A DNA stretch of 36,862 nt from Octopus bimaculoides (Eukaryota): positions 47,051,597-47,088,458 of the forward strand of contig NC_068993.1 of the NCBI RefSeq assembly GCF_001194135.2, read 5' to 3'. The stretch's first letter is position 1, and every line of letters starts with the position of its first letter. Under the pieces are notes generated by a model. It ran no database searches and had not been told where the DNA came from. It was given only the letters and a program-made list of their open reading frames with translations. Shown here piece after piece: positions 10,831-22,474 of this stretch. The translations under genes and the position numbers were made by a program.

Positions 10831-11445
10831 ATCCGTAACCCTTGTAGCGAAACAAATTGTGGTTTTAAAAAATGATTCGTTAGTCACATAGTTCTTGATC
10901 TCGGCTACTTAAGAGGTTCATTAGGCAAGTGTCTACCTACCGGGATGACTACTGAATTTATGCAGTTTGCAGAAAACGCGGCTTTCGAATCGTGTTGTCT
11001 ATGCTATAATGAAAAGAAAAGGAAAACAAGTACGTGCAGTGAATTACTATAGACAGATGGAGATGACACAGAAATGAAAAACAATCGAATAAAAAACAGA
11101 GTCCAAGAGTAGGTGAGTAAACAGTTCGAGATATACCCTTGTCATTCAACATTACAAGTCCAGAGTTCTTCGCACATACATACACATAGACGAAGATTTA
11201 AAAGAAGGCATAAAGGTTCTCGACGACCATTTCGAGGTAAACGCAATGTGAAATGGTGAAAATATAGTTTAGAAATAGGTGGAGCACGCCAAACACGATA
11301 TATCAATAAAACATTTGATGCATGGTAGGATGAGCGTAACGTAAATCATTTTTCCTCGCCTATGAGCGTTTTTTGATTGAGCGATTGTGTATACAATGAG
11401 ACTAGAACAAATAAGCAGGAGAGAGGGAGGGAGAGAGAGAGAGAG

Positions 11446-11489
<44 letters not shown>

Positions 11490-11611
11490 AAGAGAGACAG
11501 AGAATGGTAGAGAGTGAGACGCTGAAGGATGGCAGTAAGAGAGGAAGATGGCAGAGCAGAATTCTGAGGTGCTCTGATCTGATTGGGTCATTTAAAAAAA
11601 TATGTTTTTCT

Positions 11612-11996
11612 TAAAAAAAAAATGCTTTCTAATTGATATATCAATACCAGCAGATAGCAAAGTCTCCCTAAAAGAAGTGGAGAAACTTTCAAATTACAAA
11701 GACCTGGAAATAGAGGTAACTCGAACGTGGAATCTAAAAGCAGAAACAATTCCTATCACAGTAGTCGCATTAGGTAGGATAAAAAACATATTCAGACAAA
11801 TACATAAGAAAAACACCAGGACTTACAAACATATATGACATACAGAAAATTGCACTACTGGGCATTGCACACATCCTACACAAGACATTTTCAATACACT
11901 AACCATAAGAGCATCACAGCAAACCACATCACATACCCAAAGCACACAGAGCTGCGCTCGGTAGTGAAGTGAAAGCACGCTTTAAAAATAAAACTA

Positions 11997-12000
<4 letters not shown>
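11612..12000 (+). mobile_element. 5'-truncated R4/Dong-like non-LTR retrotransposon (restriction-like endonuclease C-terminus + 3' UTR)
   Basis: CFLIDISIPADSKVSLKEVEKLSNYKDLEIEVTRTWNLKAETIPITVVALG, then after a frameshift IQKIALLGIAHILHKTFSIH* (stop 11900-11902). This matches the recalled RLE pattern LIDxxIP..KExEKLxKYxDL..W..P..VGALG..LLGTAxILRK. A (TAA)n tract follows. Confidence 0.8.

Positions 12001-12079
<79 letters not shown>
12001..12079. repeat. (TAA)n tract between the two R4/Dong-like ends; a second (TAA)n to (TGA)n tract lies at 12205-12291
   Basis: Directly visible. Confidence 0.95.
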
Positions 12080-12080
<1 letters not shown>

Positions 12081-12204
12081 TACGCAAAACACTTTCAATA
12101 CAGTAACCATAAGAGCATCACAGCAAATCACAGCACACACCCAAGGCACACAGAGCTGCGCTCGGTAGTGAAGTGAAAGCACGTTATAAAAATAAAACTA
12201 CTGA
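12080..12204 (+). mobile_element. Second, 125-bp 3'-terminal copy of the same R4/Dong-like element
   Basis: Aligns without gaps to 11876-12000 with about 10 substitutions; encodes LRKTLSIQ*. Confidence 0.85.
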
Positions 12205-12221
12205 ATAATAATAATAATAAT

Positions 12222-12274
<53 letters not shown>

Positions 12275-12309
12275 TGATGATGATGATGATAACATAGTTT
12301 GCCATAATG

Positions 12310-12500
12310 CCCCAAGGAAGTGATGGCAGAGAACATTCGATTAAACTGGCCCCGCGGGTATATCGTTTTATCAACTATGGAAGGAGAAAAGTCTGACTTT
12401 GATTCAACGCAGGTGGAATTAGAACTCAGCATGTTAAGAGAAATGTCGAAATAATAACTCAGAGCAATTTGTGTGGGCGCTCCTAAGAATCTTCCACTCC
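12310..12500 (-). mobile_element. Old degenerate family M SINE
   Basis: TCGATTAAACTGG..TTTTATCAAC..GGAAGGA..GGAATTAGAACTCAG parallels 2860-2960. Confidence 0.45.
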
Positions 12501-13229
12501 ATTAATATTATGTTACATTTCTGTATTATGTTTATATACAGGTGCGCGCGTGAATGCTTTTTATTTTTTTTTTTTGCTTTTCCTACGGTTGTTTTCTTTT
12601 CCAATTTCACACTCATCCAGACTACTCAGGTCTTGTGACATGAAGCATGTGGATAGCAGTGTTATAAAGAAACAATGTTGAATTAGAAACAATTACTAAA
12701 TTCTGCTTTTATTATATTTCAAGACTGATTCTCTCACAGGTATATAGAAGAATAAAGAGTTGTTTAGATGATTTTTTGAAAAAAATATTTTTTCAAATTT
12801 ATTACTTTTATATAATTTTCTTTAAGTTTTTGTTAATTAAAATGATATTTTCCAGCAGTTCTTTTTTTTTTTTTTGCATTTTACTCCTTATATATATATA
12901 TAAATGCATACAGAAATACACACACATATATATGCATATATAGATACACACACATTTATATATCTTTNNNNNNNNNNNNNNNNNNNNNNNNNNNNNNNNN
13001 NNNNNNNNNNNNNNNNNNNNNNNNNNNNNNNNNNNNNNNNNNNNNNNNNNNNNNNNNNNNNNNNNNNNNNNNNNNNNNNNNNNNNNNNNNNNNNNNNNNN
13101 NNNNNNNNNNNNNNNNNNNNNNNNNNNNNNNNNNNNNNNNNNNNNNNNNTATATATATATATATATATATATATTAGTGTGTATATGTATATATACATAT
13201 ATATATACATATATATATATATATAGATA

Positions 13230-13279
<50 letters not shown>

Positions 13280-13934
13280 CATATACAGATATATATATAC
13301 ATATAAGCATACATACATACATACATACATACATACATACATACACACATACATACATACATACATACATTTATTCATATATTGTTTGTCACAAATTGAT
13401 GCATTGATAAGAATCTTGTGAAAAACGTTTCGAGATAAAAATAAAAATAATAATAAAAAAGATAATAATGATTTCTTTTTTTTTACTTCTTCAATAAGTC
13501 TCTATGTAAAGATGGAAACAATTATTAATTTTAATTTTTTTCTTGTTACTGTTTTGGCAATGCTGCTGCCATAGTTGTTATTGTTATTTTTGTTGTTCTT
13601 CTTATTATTGTTGTTTATACAATGATTGTTGAGTCGTCATTTTGTCTCAAGTGTCGTAGTCATTTTTTATTTCTTTTCTTTTCTTGGTAAAATAACTCTT
13701 TTTTTCTTTGTCTTTTTTAATGTTTGTCCGTTCAATCATTTTTTCTTTCTTTCTTTCTTTCGATATATTTATTTATTTATTTATTTATTTGTTCATAATT
13801 TATTTTCTTTCTTTATTTGTTTCTTTATTTGATAGCAATTTTTATGCCTATTTTATTTTATTGGAATCTTTACATTTTAAGAAGTTCCATTTAGCCTGTA
13901 GCTAAATGACGCATGACTGTTATTGATGGTGTTG

Positions 13935-14103
13935 CTGTCGTCGTCGTTGTCATCATCATCGTCATCATCATCATCATCATCATTGTCTTCGTCATCTTCC
14001 TTGTCATCATAATCATCATCGTTACCATCATCATCATCATCATCATCGTCATCATCATCATCATCATCGTCATCATTATCATCATCATTATCATCATCGT
14101 TAC

Positions 14104-14154
<51 letters not shown>

Positions 14155-14590
14155 TATCATCATCATCATCATCATCACGATCATCATTATCATTCGGCAT
14201 CATCCGCACAATGATGGCCATCATCATAATAATCTTCGTCGTCGTTATCATCGCCATCATCATCATCATCATCACCATCCTTCTCCTCCTCCTCTTCCTC
14301 CTCCTCCTCCTCATCATCACCATCAACATCACTATTATCATCGCCATCCTCCTCCCCTCCCCTCCTCCTCCTCCCCATCATCATCTTCATCACCATCAAC
14401 ATCACTATTATCATCGCCATCATCCTCCTCCTCATCATCATCATCTTCATCATCATCATCTTCATCATCATCCTCATCATCATCATCGCCATCATGATCA
14501 TCATCATGATCATCATCATTGTCGTCGTCGTCGTCGTCGTCGTTTTTGTCGTCTTCGGCGTCATCGTGAAATTTATTACAATTTTTAATC
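13935..14590. repeat. Large (CAT)/(CGT)/(CCT) trinucleotide low-complexity tract
   Basis: Directly visible; source of the poly-D/I/M/H/S ORFs. Confidence 0.95.
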
Positions 14591-14630
14591 ATCATTGCTA
14601 TTATCTAGCTTATATCGTTATTAATTTTAG

Positions 14631-14843
14631 TAACACTAACGTGGCCCTGGGAGACTGGATTCTTTCAATTCAGTGCTACCAGATTGTGGGAAATGAAACC
14701 TGTTATTTTCGTCCTAACATCACTATCTATTCTACCACATATTCATCCAGCCGTGAAATACCCAGCTGCATATACAATGATTTCGAATTACAACACAATA
14801 CCAGCGGTTTAAAGAGTTGGTTTAGTCGATTTCGTCTGCCCAT
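14631..14843 (+). CDS. Candidate host-gene exon (213 nt, phase 2-2), unknown extracellular/luminal-type protein
   Basis: Acceptor TTATTAATTTTAG|, donor AT|GTACGT and an open frame encoding NTNVALGDWILSIQCYQIVGNETCYFRPNITIYSTTYSSSREIPSCIYNDFELQHNTSGLKSWFSRFRLP. It has 3 N-x-S/T sequons and 3 Cys, and is unique, non-repeat sequence between two microsatellites. Confidence 0.45.
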
Positions 14844-14923
14844 GTACGTGATTGGTATTTTATTTTACCGGTGATGAAAGGACAAGAGGTAGAATGTATG
14901 TGTGTGTGTGTGTGTATGAGTGT

Positions 14924-14978
<55 letters not shown>

Positions 14979-15273
14979 NNNNNNNNNNNNNNNNNNNNNN
15001 NNNNNNNNNNNNNNNNNNNNNNNNNNNNNNNNNNNNNNNNNNNNNNNNNNNNNNNNNNNNNNNNNNNNNNNNNNNNNNNNNNNNNNNNNNNNNNNNNNNN
15101 NNNNNNNNNNNNNNNNNNNNNNNNNNNNNNNNNNNNNNNNNNNNNNNNNNNNNNNNNNNNNNNNNNNNNNNNNNNNNNNNNNNNNNNNNNNNNNNNNNNN
15201 NNNNNNNNNNNNNNNNNNNNNNNNNNNNNNNNNNNNNNNNNNNNNNNNNNNNNNNNNNNNNNNNNNNNNNNNN

Positions 15274-15340
<67 letters not shown>

Positions 15341-15341
<1 letters not shown>

Positions 15342-16434
15342 CTATTTCATATACACGTACATACATCTTTTACTTTCTGCTCTTACTGTCTGTTCTCACT
15401 TTCTGTTCTCACTTCAGAGCAAATGCCACCTTTACACTTTTTCCTCTCTTTCAATTTCTGCTCACTCCAAAGCATAAAGATATTAAAAAAATTACGGAAA
15501 TTAACGAACAATCATATGATCCCATATGATCGTGTTGACGACTTTGCAGCTTCAAATGAAAGAATGCCATAACATGACTTCCTTTGGCACACACACACAC
15601 ACACACACTCTAGGTAAAACTTCTGTACGAATTATATTATTCCTTGCTGTGTGCACGCGCAAAATTACAGCTCAAATCCAATTGAAATGACCTTTTTCTA
15701 TTCTGTAATTTGTGTTTGTGATAAGCCTATCAGAAATCCATTCCTTTACCTGTTGCTTCTAGTATGTCTAAGGTGACTTTGTGCACTCTGCTTATTTTTT
15801 CCTAAATTTCTTCCGATTCCTGTGTTTTCGATGCAGATTAGGATTTCGCCCAAAAAACACGTTCTCAATATTTTAATCTTACCTCTCTCCACCCCAATTT
15901 CTTCGTTTTTACGTTTTCAAATTTTTTTCTTGGGAATCCACGGAGAAAAAAAAAAAAACAGAGAGTACGAATCTTTAAGAATTTTCTTCTTCCTTCTTTC
16001 ATAAAGAAACACTAAAAAAATATATGCATTTTAAGTTTAATTTTTTTTTTTGAAGAAACGCTCAAAAAGAAAATTAAGCTTAAAATACATATACATGTTT
16101 CCCGGATTCGTAATCTCAGTATTTTTCTACGTGGATGAAAAAAAATCGGAAAAAAAGTTACAAATTAAGAAATTCTAGTGGAGACTAAGGGAAATCAAAA
16201 TTTTGAAAACGTGATTTCTGGGGCAAAATTTTCTCAGGAACAGAAAGTAGGATCATGCAAACCCATGCAAATTGTACCCTCCTCTTTCACTTTTAAACAT
16301 ACAATAACTTTCATTACTTCAATAATCCAGTTCACTGTATATCAGCTGTACCAATTCTGCCTATAAGAAATGAACAAATAATACAATGTGGCTGTAAGAC
16401 ATAAAACATGGGCAACGCCGGGATGCATTGCTAG
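15341..16434 (+). mobile_element. Putative non-autonomous Helitron (~1.1 kb)
   Basis: The 3' end GGGCAACGCCGGG..TGCTAG|T is a GC-rich subterminal motif followed by CTAG then T. A possible 5' A|TC lies at 15340/15341. The 5' boundary is uncertain. Confidence 0.45.
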
Positions 16435-17367
16435 TATTATATAAAACTGTTCAATAAGTCGGCCATTAAGGAGTTAAAATAATACTGTTTTTTTTTAACC
16501 GGCAAAAGGCCATAATTTTTTTAAAAATTAATATAAACACTTATAAACATTACTTGACTTCAAGCTAAATTTGAGAGACAAACAGACGACATTTTACTGA
16601 CAGCTATATTTCAATAAATCAGGAGAATCAGGACGAATTTTGTTAAATAATTTAAGATTTCTGGAAAATCTGCTGCTCGCAGTTTCCTTACAACGCTGTA
16701 TAATTTTCTGTATGTAATTTTTCACAGGTTTGAATTTAAATATTTATTTTGCTTTTTTAGAAAAAAAATTGAGTAATTAAGAAAAATTCGAGCTTTAATT
16801 TTGATTAATATGAATATAATTGATATGCTTGTTGAAATACTGCATTCGGCAAATAAAATATAATTACATTGAGAGTAAGACGTGATTGATAATGTATTTA
16901 AATTATGCTACTGTAATTATCAAATATCAGATATAAATTGATAGCATGTGATATATTAGTAATTGATATACAGTATTTTTTGCTTCAGCTCATGTTGCTG
17001 ATCCTAGTGTTTTTATCTGATAGAATAATTTACATTTTTTACATTTTCGGGGTGGAATTAATTATTCATCATTTAATGTAAAGTTACAAAATGAAAGATC
17101 GAATCTTGCTGACTGTTTTATCCTATACATTGAACGATAACAAAACATGGAGATATTCTAGATGTAAACAGGAGAGAAAATGCAATATGAATTTTAAGTA
17201 CAAGAACGTTCCAACTTTTGACAATGAATCAGTTTTGCCTGTTCGTCAACCATGGGTTCTGTGTACGTGGTAGAGTTGTTCCTTTGTACAACAGATGTTA
17301 TCTTCATTAATAGGAAATGTCTCACTATTTTGAATCATTCTTGTCAGTACAAAATGTAGTAATGAAT

Positions 17368-17743
17368 GTTGTTGGCATTCCGTCGCTTACGACTTCGAGG
17401 GTTCCAGTTGATCCGATCAACGGAACAACCTGCTCGTGAAATTAACGTGCAAGTGGCTGAGCACTCCACAGACACGTGTACCCTTAACGTAGTTCTCGGG
17501 GATATTCAGCGTGACACAGTGTGACAAGGCTGACCCTTTGAATTACAGGAACAACAGAAACAGGAAGTAAGAGTGAGAGAAAATTGTGGTGGAAGATTAC
17601 AGCAGGATTCGCCACCATCCCCTGCCGGAGCCTCGTGGAGCTTTAAGTGTTTTCGCTCAATAAACACTCACAACGCCCGGTCTGGGAATCGAAACCGCGA
17701 TCCTATGACCGCTGCCCTAACCACTGGGCCATTGCGCCTCCAC
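17368..17743 (-). mobile_element. tRNA-derived SINE family B, full length with TSD
   Basis: Exact 11-bp TSD TAGTAATGAAT at 17357-17367 and 17744-17754. Reverse-complement match to 8052-8417. Confidence 0.92.
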
Positions 17744-17821
17744 TAGTAATGAATATATTAGGCAATAATTATATAAAAAAAACTCGAGCATAGTTTCAGT
17801 AACGTTAACTACATTTACCTT

Positions 17822-18215
17822 TTATTTGTTTTAGTCATTAGACTGCACCCATTCTGGAGCACCGCCTTGAAGAATTTTTAGTCGAATGAATAAACCCCAG
17901 TACATTTTGTTACGCCTGGTATTTTTCCCGAACCGCTAAATTATGGGAACTTAAACACACCAACACTGGTTGTCAAGCGCTGGTGAGGGACAAACATAGA
18001 CACGAAGACACAAAGACGCACACAGACACACCTGTATATATATATGTGTGTGTGTGTATGTGTATAAGACGAGCTTTCAGTTTCCGTCTAACAAATCCGT
18101 ACAGAAATCTTTGGTCGGCCCGAGCCTGTAGTAAAACACTTGCCAAAGGTGTCATGCACTGGAACTGAACCCGGAACAATGTGGTTGGGAAGCAAGCTTC
18201 TTATCACATGACCAT
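17822..18215 (-). mobile_element. SINE family A, best-preserved copy
   Basis: Minus strand has a tRNA-like head (CCACATTGTTCCGGGTTCAGTTCC), CORE-like ACACCTTTGGCAAGTGTTTTACTACAGGCTCGGGCCGACCAAAG, an internal CA/TA tract and a 3' module ending GCAGTCTAATGACTAAAACAAATAAAA. Confidence 0.8.
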
Positions 18216-18853
18216 ATCTTGGCCTTTACATTGTGTCGGAAAGGGAATATTAATGGCATGCTTTTGGAAAAAATTTAAAGCAAAATTCATATTGACAACA
18301 TGTTTGCAGTTTATCGATAGCATATTTCCAGTTTATTAGATAAACGAATACAGATCTGTTGTTGCTACTGCTGTTTACATAATCGCTCTGCATTATCTAG
18401 CGCACCTCCAATCAAAAGCGTTCAGTTCTGGACTGGTCAGGATTTTTGGCATCTCTATGAAAACGCTTCCAGCTGTACTCTTAACAAAACAGAGTGTACT
18501 TAATTTGAGAGACATTTGAATGTTATTTGAAGCTGTTAAGACGTTTACTTTGTGGCTCAATCTTTATTTTGTTATTACGATTGTTTATTCAGCACACAAA
18601 TGTACAACTGTTCAAAGGCATTTTAGCCAAATCATTTGGTTTCTTCAATTGTTCAAAGTCCTGCCCTTTCAAAATTAGAACCTTTCTGTATAAATTGCTA
18701 TTTATATTCGTGGTTGTATGTTTTCCACCACGTTAAGAGATTTATCTGACCCATCTGTTGTTGAAACGGTCGTAAGCTAACAATAAAGGTAATACCAATA
18801 ACTCCAGTTTTTGGTCTTGTTACACATACATGCAGATAATTAAGTACAAACAC

Positions 18854-18854
<1 letters not shown>

Positions 18855-18936
<82 letters not shown>

Positions 18937-19065
18937 ACACACACACATACACACACACACACGCATACTCATAGATATATATATGTGTATACATACATGA
19001 TACATGCATACATACATGCATACATACATACATACATACATACATACATAAATCCATACATACAT
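18855..19065. repeat. (CA)n to (TACA)n compound microsatellite
   Basis: Directly visible. Confidence 0.95.
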
Positions 19066-19169
19066 GTCGAATCTTTAATCCCTACGCATTTTTTTCTCTC
19101 CGTTTTTGTTTTCGTTCTCTCTCCGTCGATTTTCCTCTTAATCCTTTTTTGTCGAATAGCGTAGGCTGG

Positions 19170-19608
19170 AAATGTCAAAGGCCTTTCAATCTCTCCTGAG
19201 CGTTAAACTAATACACCTGCTTGTTGAGAAATTTTGAATGCCCAAAGCTGTGGAGAGGAACAAGACAGTTTGTCACCCAAAGGCGTCCACATCTTTTGGA
19301 AGCAACAATCATCACTGGACAAGGAGAGGAAGAAAATGTGCTTATTTCAAGAGTACCACTGATTCCAGTAGACATGCTTTTTAAATTGAAGAGTCTTTAA
19401 TTTCCAGAAAGAGTTAGTTTTGCAATCTCAATGAACAAGAGTCAAGGACAATCACTCAAAATTATTGGACTTCACCTCATGCAGCACTGCTTCTCCCATG
19501 GTCAGGTCTATATTGGTTGTTCTAGATTTGGAAATGGCAACAATCTTTTCATATTCACATCAAATGGTAAAAACCAAGAATATTGTTTATCCTGCTGCTT
19601 TACAATGA
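19170..19608 (+). mobile_element. Helitron Rep/Hel PIF1-like helicase C-terminal fragment (pseudogene)
   Basis: LLRNFECPKLWRGTRQ..LLEATIITG..VLISRVPLIPVDMLFKLKSL*FPERVSFAISMNKSQGQSL..CFSHGQVYIGCSR.., then after a frameshift KTKNIVYPAALQ*. These are canonical Helitron helicase motifs (LxNGTRL, FPxxxxFAMTINKSQGQS, FSHGQLYVAxSR, KNIVYxE). Confidence 0.9.
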
Positions 19609-20289
19609 TCTCCAAATGTCACAATGATCCAAGAGTCTCCAAATGTGATACTCTGTGATATAAATTTGAGATGGTAAGGTACCAATAAATGCTTTTCAAT
19701 ATTTCTCTGTTTAGACTTGGGGCGCAGTCCCAATTAACCTTCTGCATAGGCTAACTTAAAAGTGCGGTTTTTAAGCTAGTATATACATTTATTTACAAGC
19801 ATGCATGTACACACATACCTAAGATGCGATGCTGTAATTTAAGTGGGATTTGGTTACTATTTTTAGCATGGTTTTTAGTGTACAATCTTCATTGGCTGCG
19901 GCTTCTGTAGACATGGTGATGACACGACTCTTCCCTCCCATACCTGCTCTTTTAAATTTCTGCTTAAACCAACCATATTGTTATTTCACCAAACACTATG
20001 TACAATAGTACAAACGATAGAATCAGCTTATTTCATCTGATGTGTATTGTCGTCGATTTTTGTTATATTCTATTAGTTTTGCTTTTATTTTTTTAATCTT
20101 TCAGTCAGACTTAGTCCTTAGGAAAGTGTTGACAAAGGAGTTTCGAGATTTTGTGGAGATATGTTATAGAGATAAATAAATATAGCAAGAAATAAATATA
20201 GAATGAAAAGAAAATATGGCTTACGTAGACAATACGTTTAATTATCTTCAAAGAATGTGTGTTTCTTATCGCTTTATTGAATATAGTTA

Positions 20290-20630
<341 letters not shown>

Positions 20631-21106
20631 CGTTGTCAGTATTTGATTATCACATATAAATAATGTATACTTAAAGACAGGGAGCATGATATTTGAGAGA
20701 CAGATGTAGTTGATATGATTTTTTTATCTTTCTATGAATGTTTGTACATATATGTATATATATATATAATATATATANNNNNNNNNNNNNNNNNNNNNNN
20801 NNNNNNNNNNNNNNNNNNNNNNNNNNNNNNNNNNNNNNNNATCTATCTATCTATCTATCTCTCTATATATATATATACACACACACATACATATATGCAT
20901 ACATATATGTACATAAGGGTACACACACCTAGACACATACACACACATATATATACACACCCCCGCATGTATATATACATAAATAAATATTTCTATGTAT
21001 GAATAAGACATTATTTTAACGAACACAAGAGAAAGTGCTCAATACAGCTCCTATGTACTGAATCTTGCCTGTATAAGTAACTTGCTACTCTAATGTTTCC
21101 TTAAAG

Positions 21107-21200
21107 TGTACACGGTTTTCCGTGAATATTTTCAACTACCGAGTGGTATATATCTTAGATAAAAGCACGCCGGTCCGTTACGGCACACTTCTAATATTAC
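21107..21200 (+). CDS. Weak candidate internal exon (94 nt, phase 0-1): CTRFSVNIFNYRVVYILDKSTPVRYGTLLIL
   Basis: Acceptor TTTCCTTAAAG| and strong donor C|GTAAGA; only one frame is open. No homology confirmed. Confidence 0.25.
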
Positions 21201-21339
21201 GTAAGACACATCCGATGTGTTTAGAAACAATTGTTCCACTCCATTCTTTTTATTTATACACACACACACACGCACACACGCACACGACACGCACACATAT
21301 GGATATATGCAACATAGTCGTCGTTGGTCGACTTTGACT

Positions 21340-21840
21340 TTACTGCTCAGAAATCTTCTTCAGCAGTCTCGTACGTGGGCTAGAAAGCATGTTGTAAGGC
21401 CTTGATGTGCCTTCTATAGAAGGCCATGCATTCCATTTCATAGAGGATGCAAGGGAACACAGCAAGACTTTATACATTTATCTTCATTTTGCGGGAGGGG
21501 TATGGCGTACCCAAAAACTCTCCTCGAGAGACCCAAAGCCTTTGTGGCGAATTGTGTAAGCCACTCAGCTTCAGAAGAGTTAGGAGAGATTACCGGGGCT
21601 CTACATGTACTGTCACTGTCTTGGGTTCTCAGTATATTAGAACATCTTGGTGGGAGCTGGTAGGGCAGTTCAGTCTACGAAATGTTGACCTCGATTTGAT
21701 AAGGAGAGATGAGCCAGTAGGCTTTGTCAGGTTCGATGTCTGCTGTTTCTACAGCTGGGTGCTTTTCCATAACCCCTTGACATCACCACCGATGAGAGAA
21801 GAGCAAATATCTTCTTGAAGAGATGAATACGTGGTTTGCT
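21340..21840 (-). mobile_element. RTE-clade LINE reverse-transcriptase fragment (degenerate)
   Basis: Minus strand: FVD*TAL (FADD-like), ATKALGLSRRVFG (KAxxAFGxLxxRVF-like) and KMKINV*SLAVFPCILYEMECMAFYRRHIKALQ (recalled RTE motif [32 protein letters not shown]). Confidence 0.65.
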
Positions 21841-21961
21841 ATCTAGAAAGTAAGAGAAAGGAAGAAAGAGATGTTAGGTCCAGGGGCAGCATGAATATGA
21901 GACACAATAGGATAGAAGGAAGGGAAAGGCGGGATATTGGCAAGTGCAATATATATAGATA

Positions 21962-21992
<31 letters not shown>

Positions 21993-22162
21993 NNNNNNNN
22001 NNCTTCTTGAAGAGATGAATACGTGGTTTGCTATCTAGAAAGTAAGAGAAAGGAAGAAAGAGATGTTAGGTCCAGGGGCAGCATGAATATGAGACACAAT
22101 AGGATAGAAGGAAGGGAAAGGCGGGATATTGGCAAGTGCAATATATATAGATACGTGTGTGT
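21811..22162. other. Exact 160-bp duplication across a 10-N gap (probable assembly artefact)
   Basis: 21811-21970 is identical to 22003-22162, and the second copy begins exactly at the gap edge. Confidence 0.8.
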
Positions 22163-22202
22163 GTGAGTGTGCACATATATGTATATGCAGTAGGGTGTAT
22201 AG

Positions 22203-22474
22203 CAGTGGTTCTCAAAGTGGGTGATATTGCAGCCCTGGTGGTGGAAACTTCCAAGGGGGCGTTGAAGAAAAGTGGGATGAAAATGAAGTAGCGATTCATG
22301 TAAAAACAACAAAATAATGAGTCCATTAGGTTTAAGTTTTATTTGTGAAATACTGCTGTTTTGAATTTGCTGCAGAAAGAGGGCTATGTTTTTGATGGTT
22401 AGTTATGGTGGGGGCGCTATGAATGTAGCCTGGGTGTCAAAGGGTGGCAGCCCGAAAAAGTTTGGGAACCACTT
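22203..22474. mobile_element. hAT (Charlie-like) MITE, 272 bp
   Basis: TIRs CAGTGGTTCTCAAA / TTTGGGAACCACTT. 8-bp TSD GTGTATAG (22195-22202) / GTGTATAC (22475-22482) with central TA. Confidence 0.85.

Noticed and set aside
11582-11612. ATTGGGTCAT resembling the mariner TIR at 4102
   Set aside because: Only about 9 bp match, with no TA flank and no partner TIR.
13877-14595. Poly-Asp, poly-His, poly-Ile and poly-Met ORFs (also at 9657-10060, 24482-25236 and 31747-32082) suggesting acidic or His-rich biomineral or beak proteins
   Set aside because: They are stop-free frames of (CAT/GAT)n repeats on both strands, with no signal peptide, splice context or unique flanking domain.
21447-21818. 123-aa + strand ORF
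   Set aside because: It is the antisense of a degenerate RTE reverse-transcriptase fragment and has no recognisable motifs.
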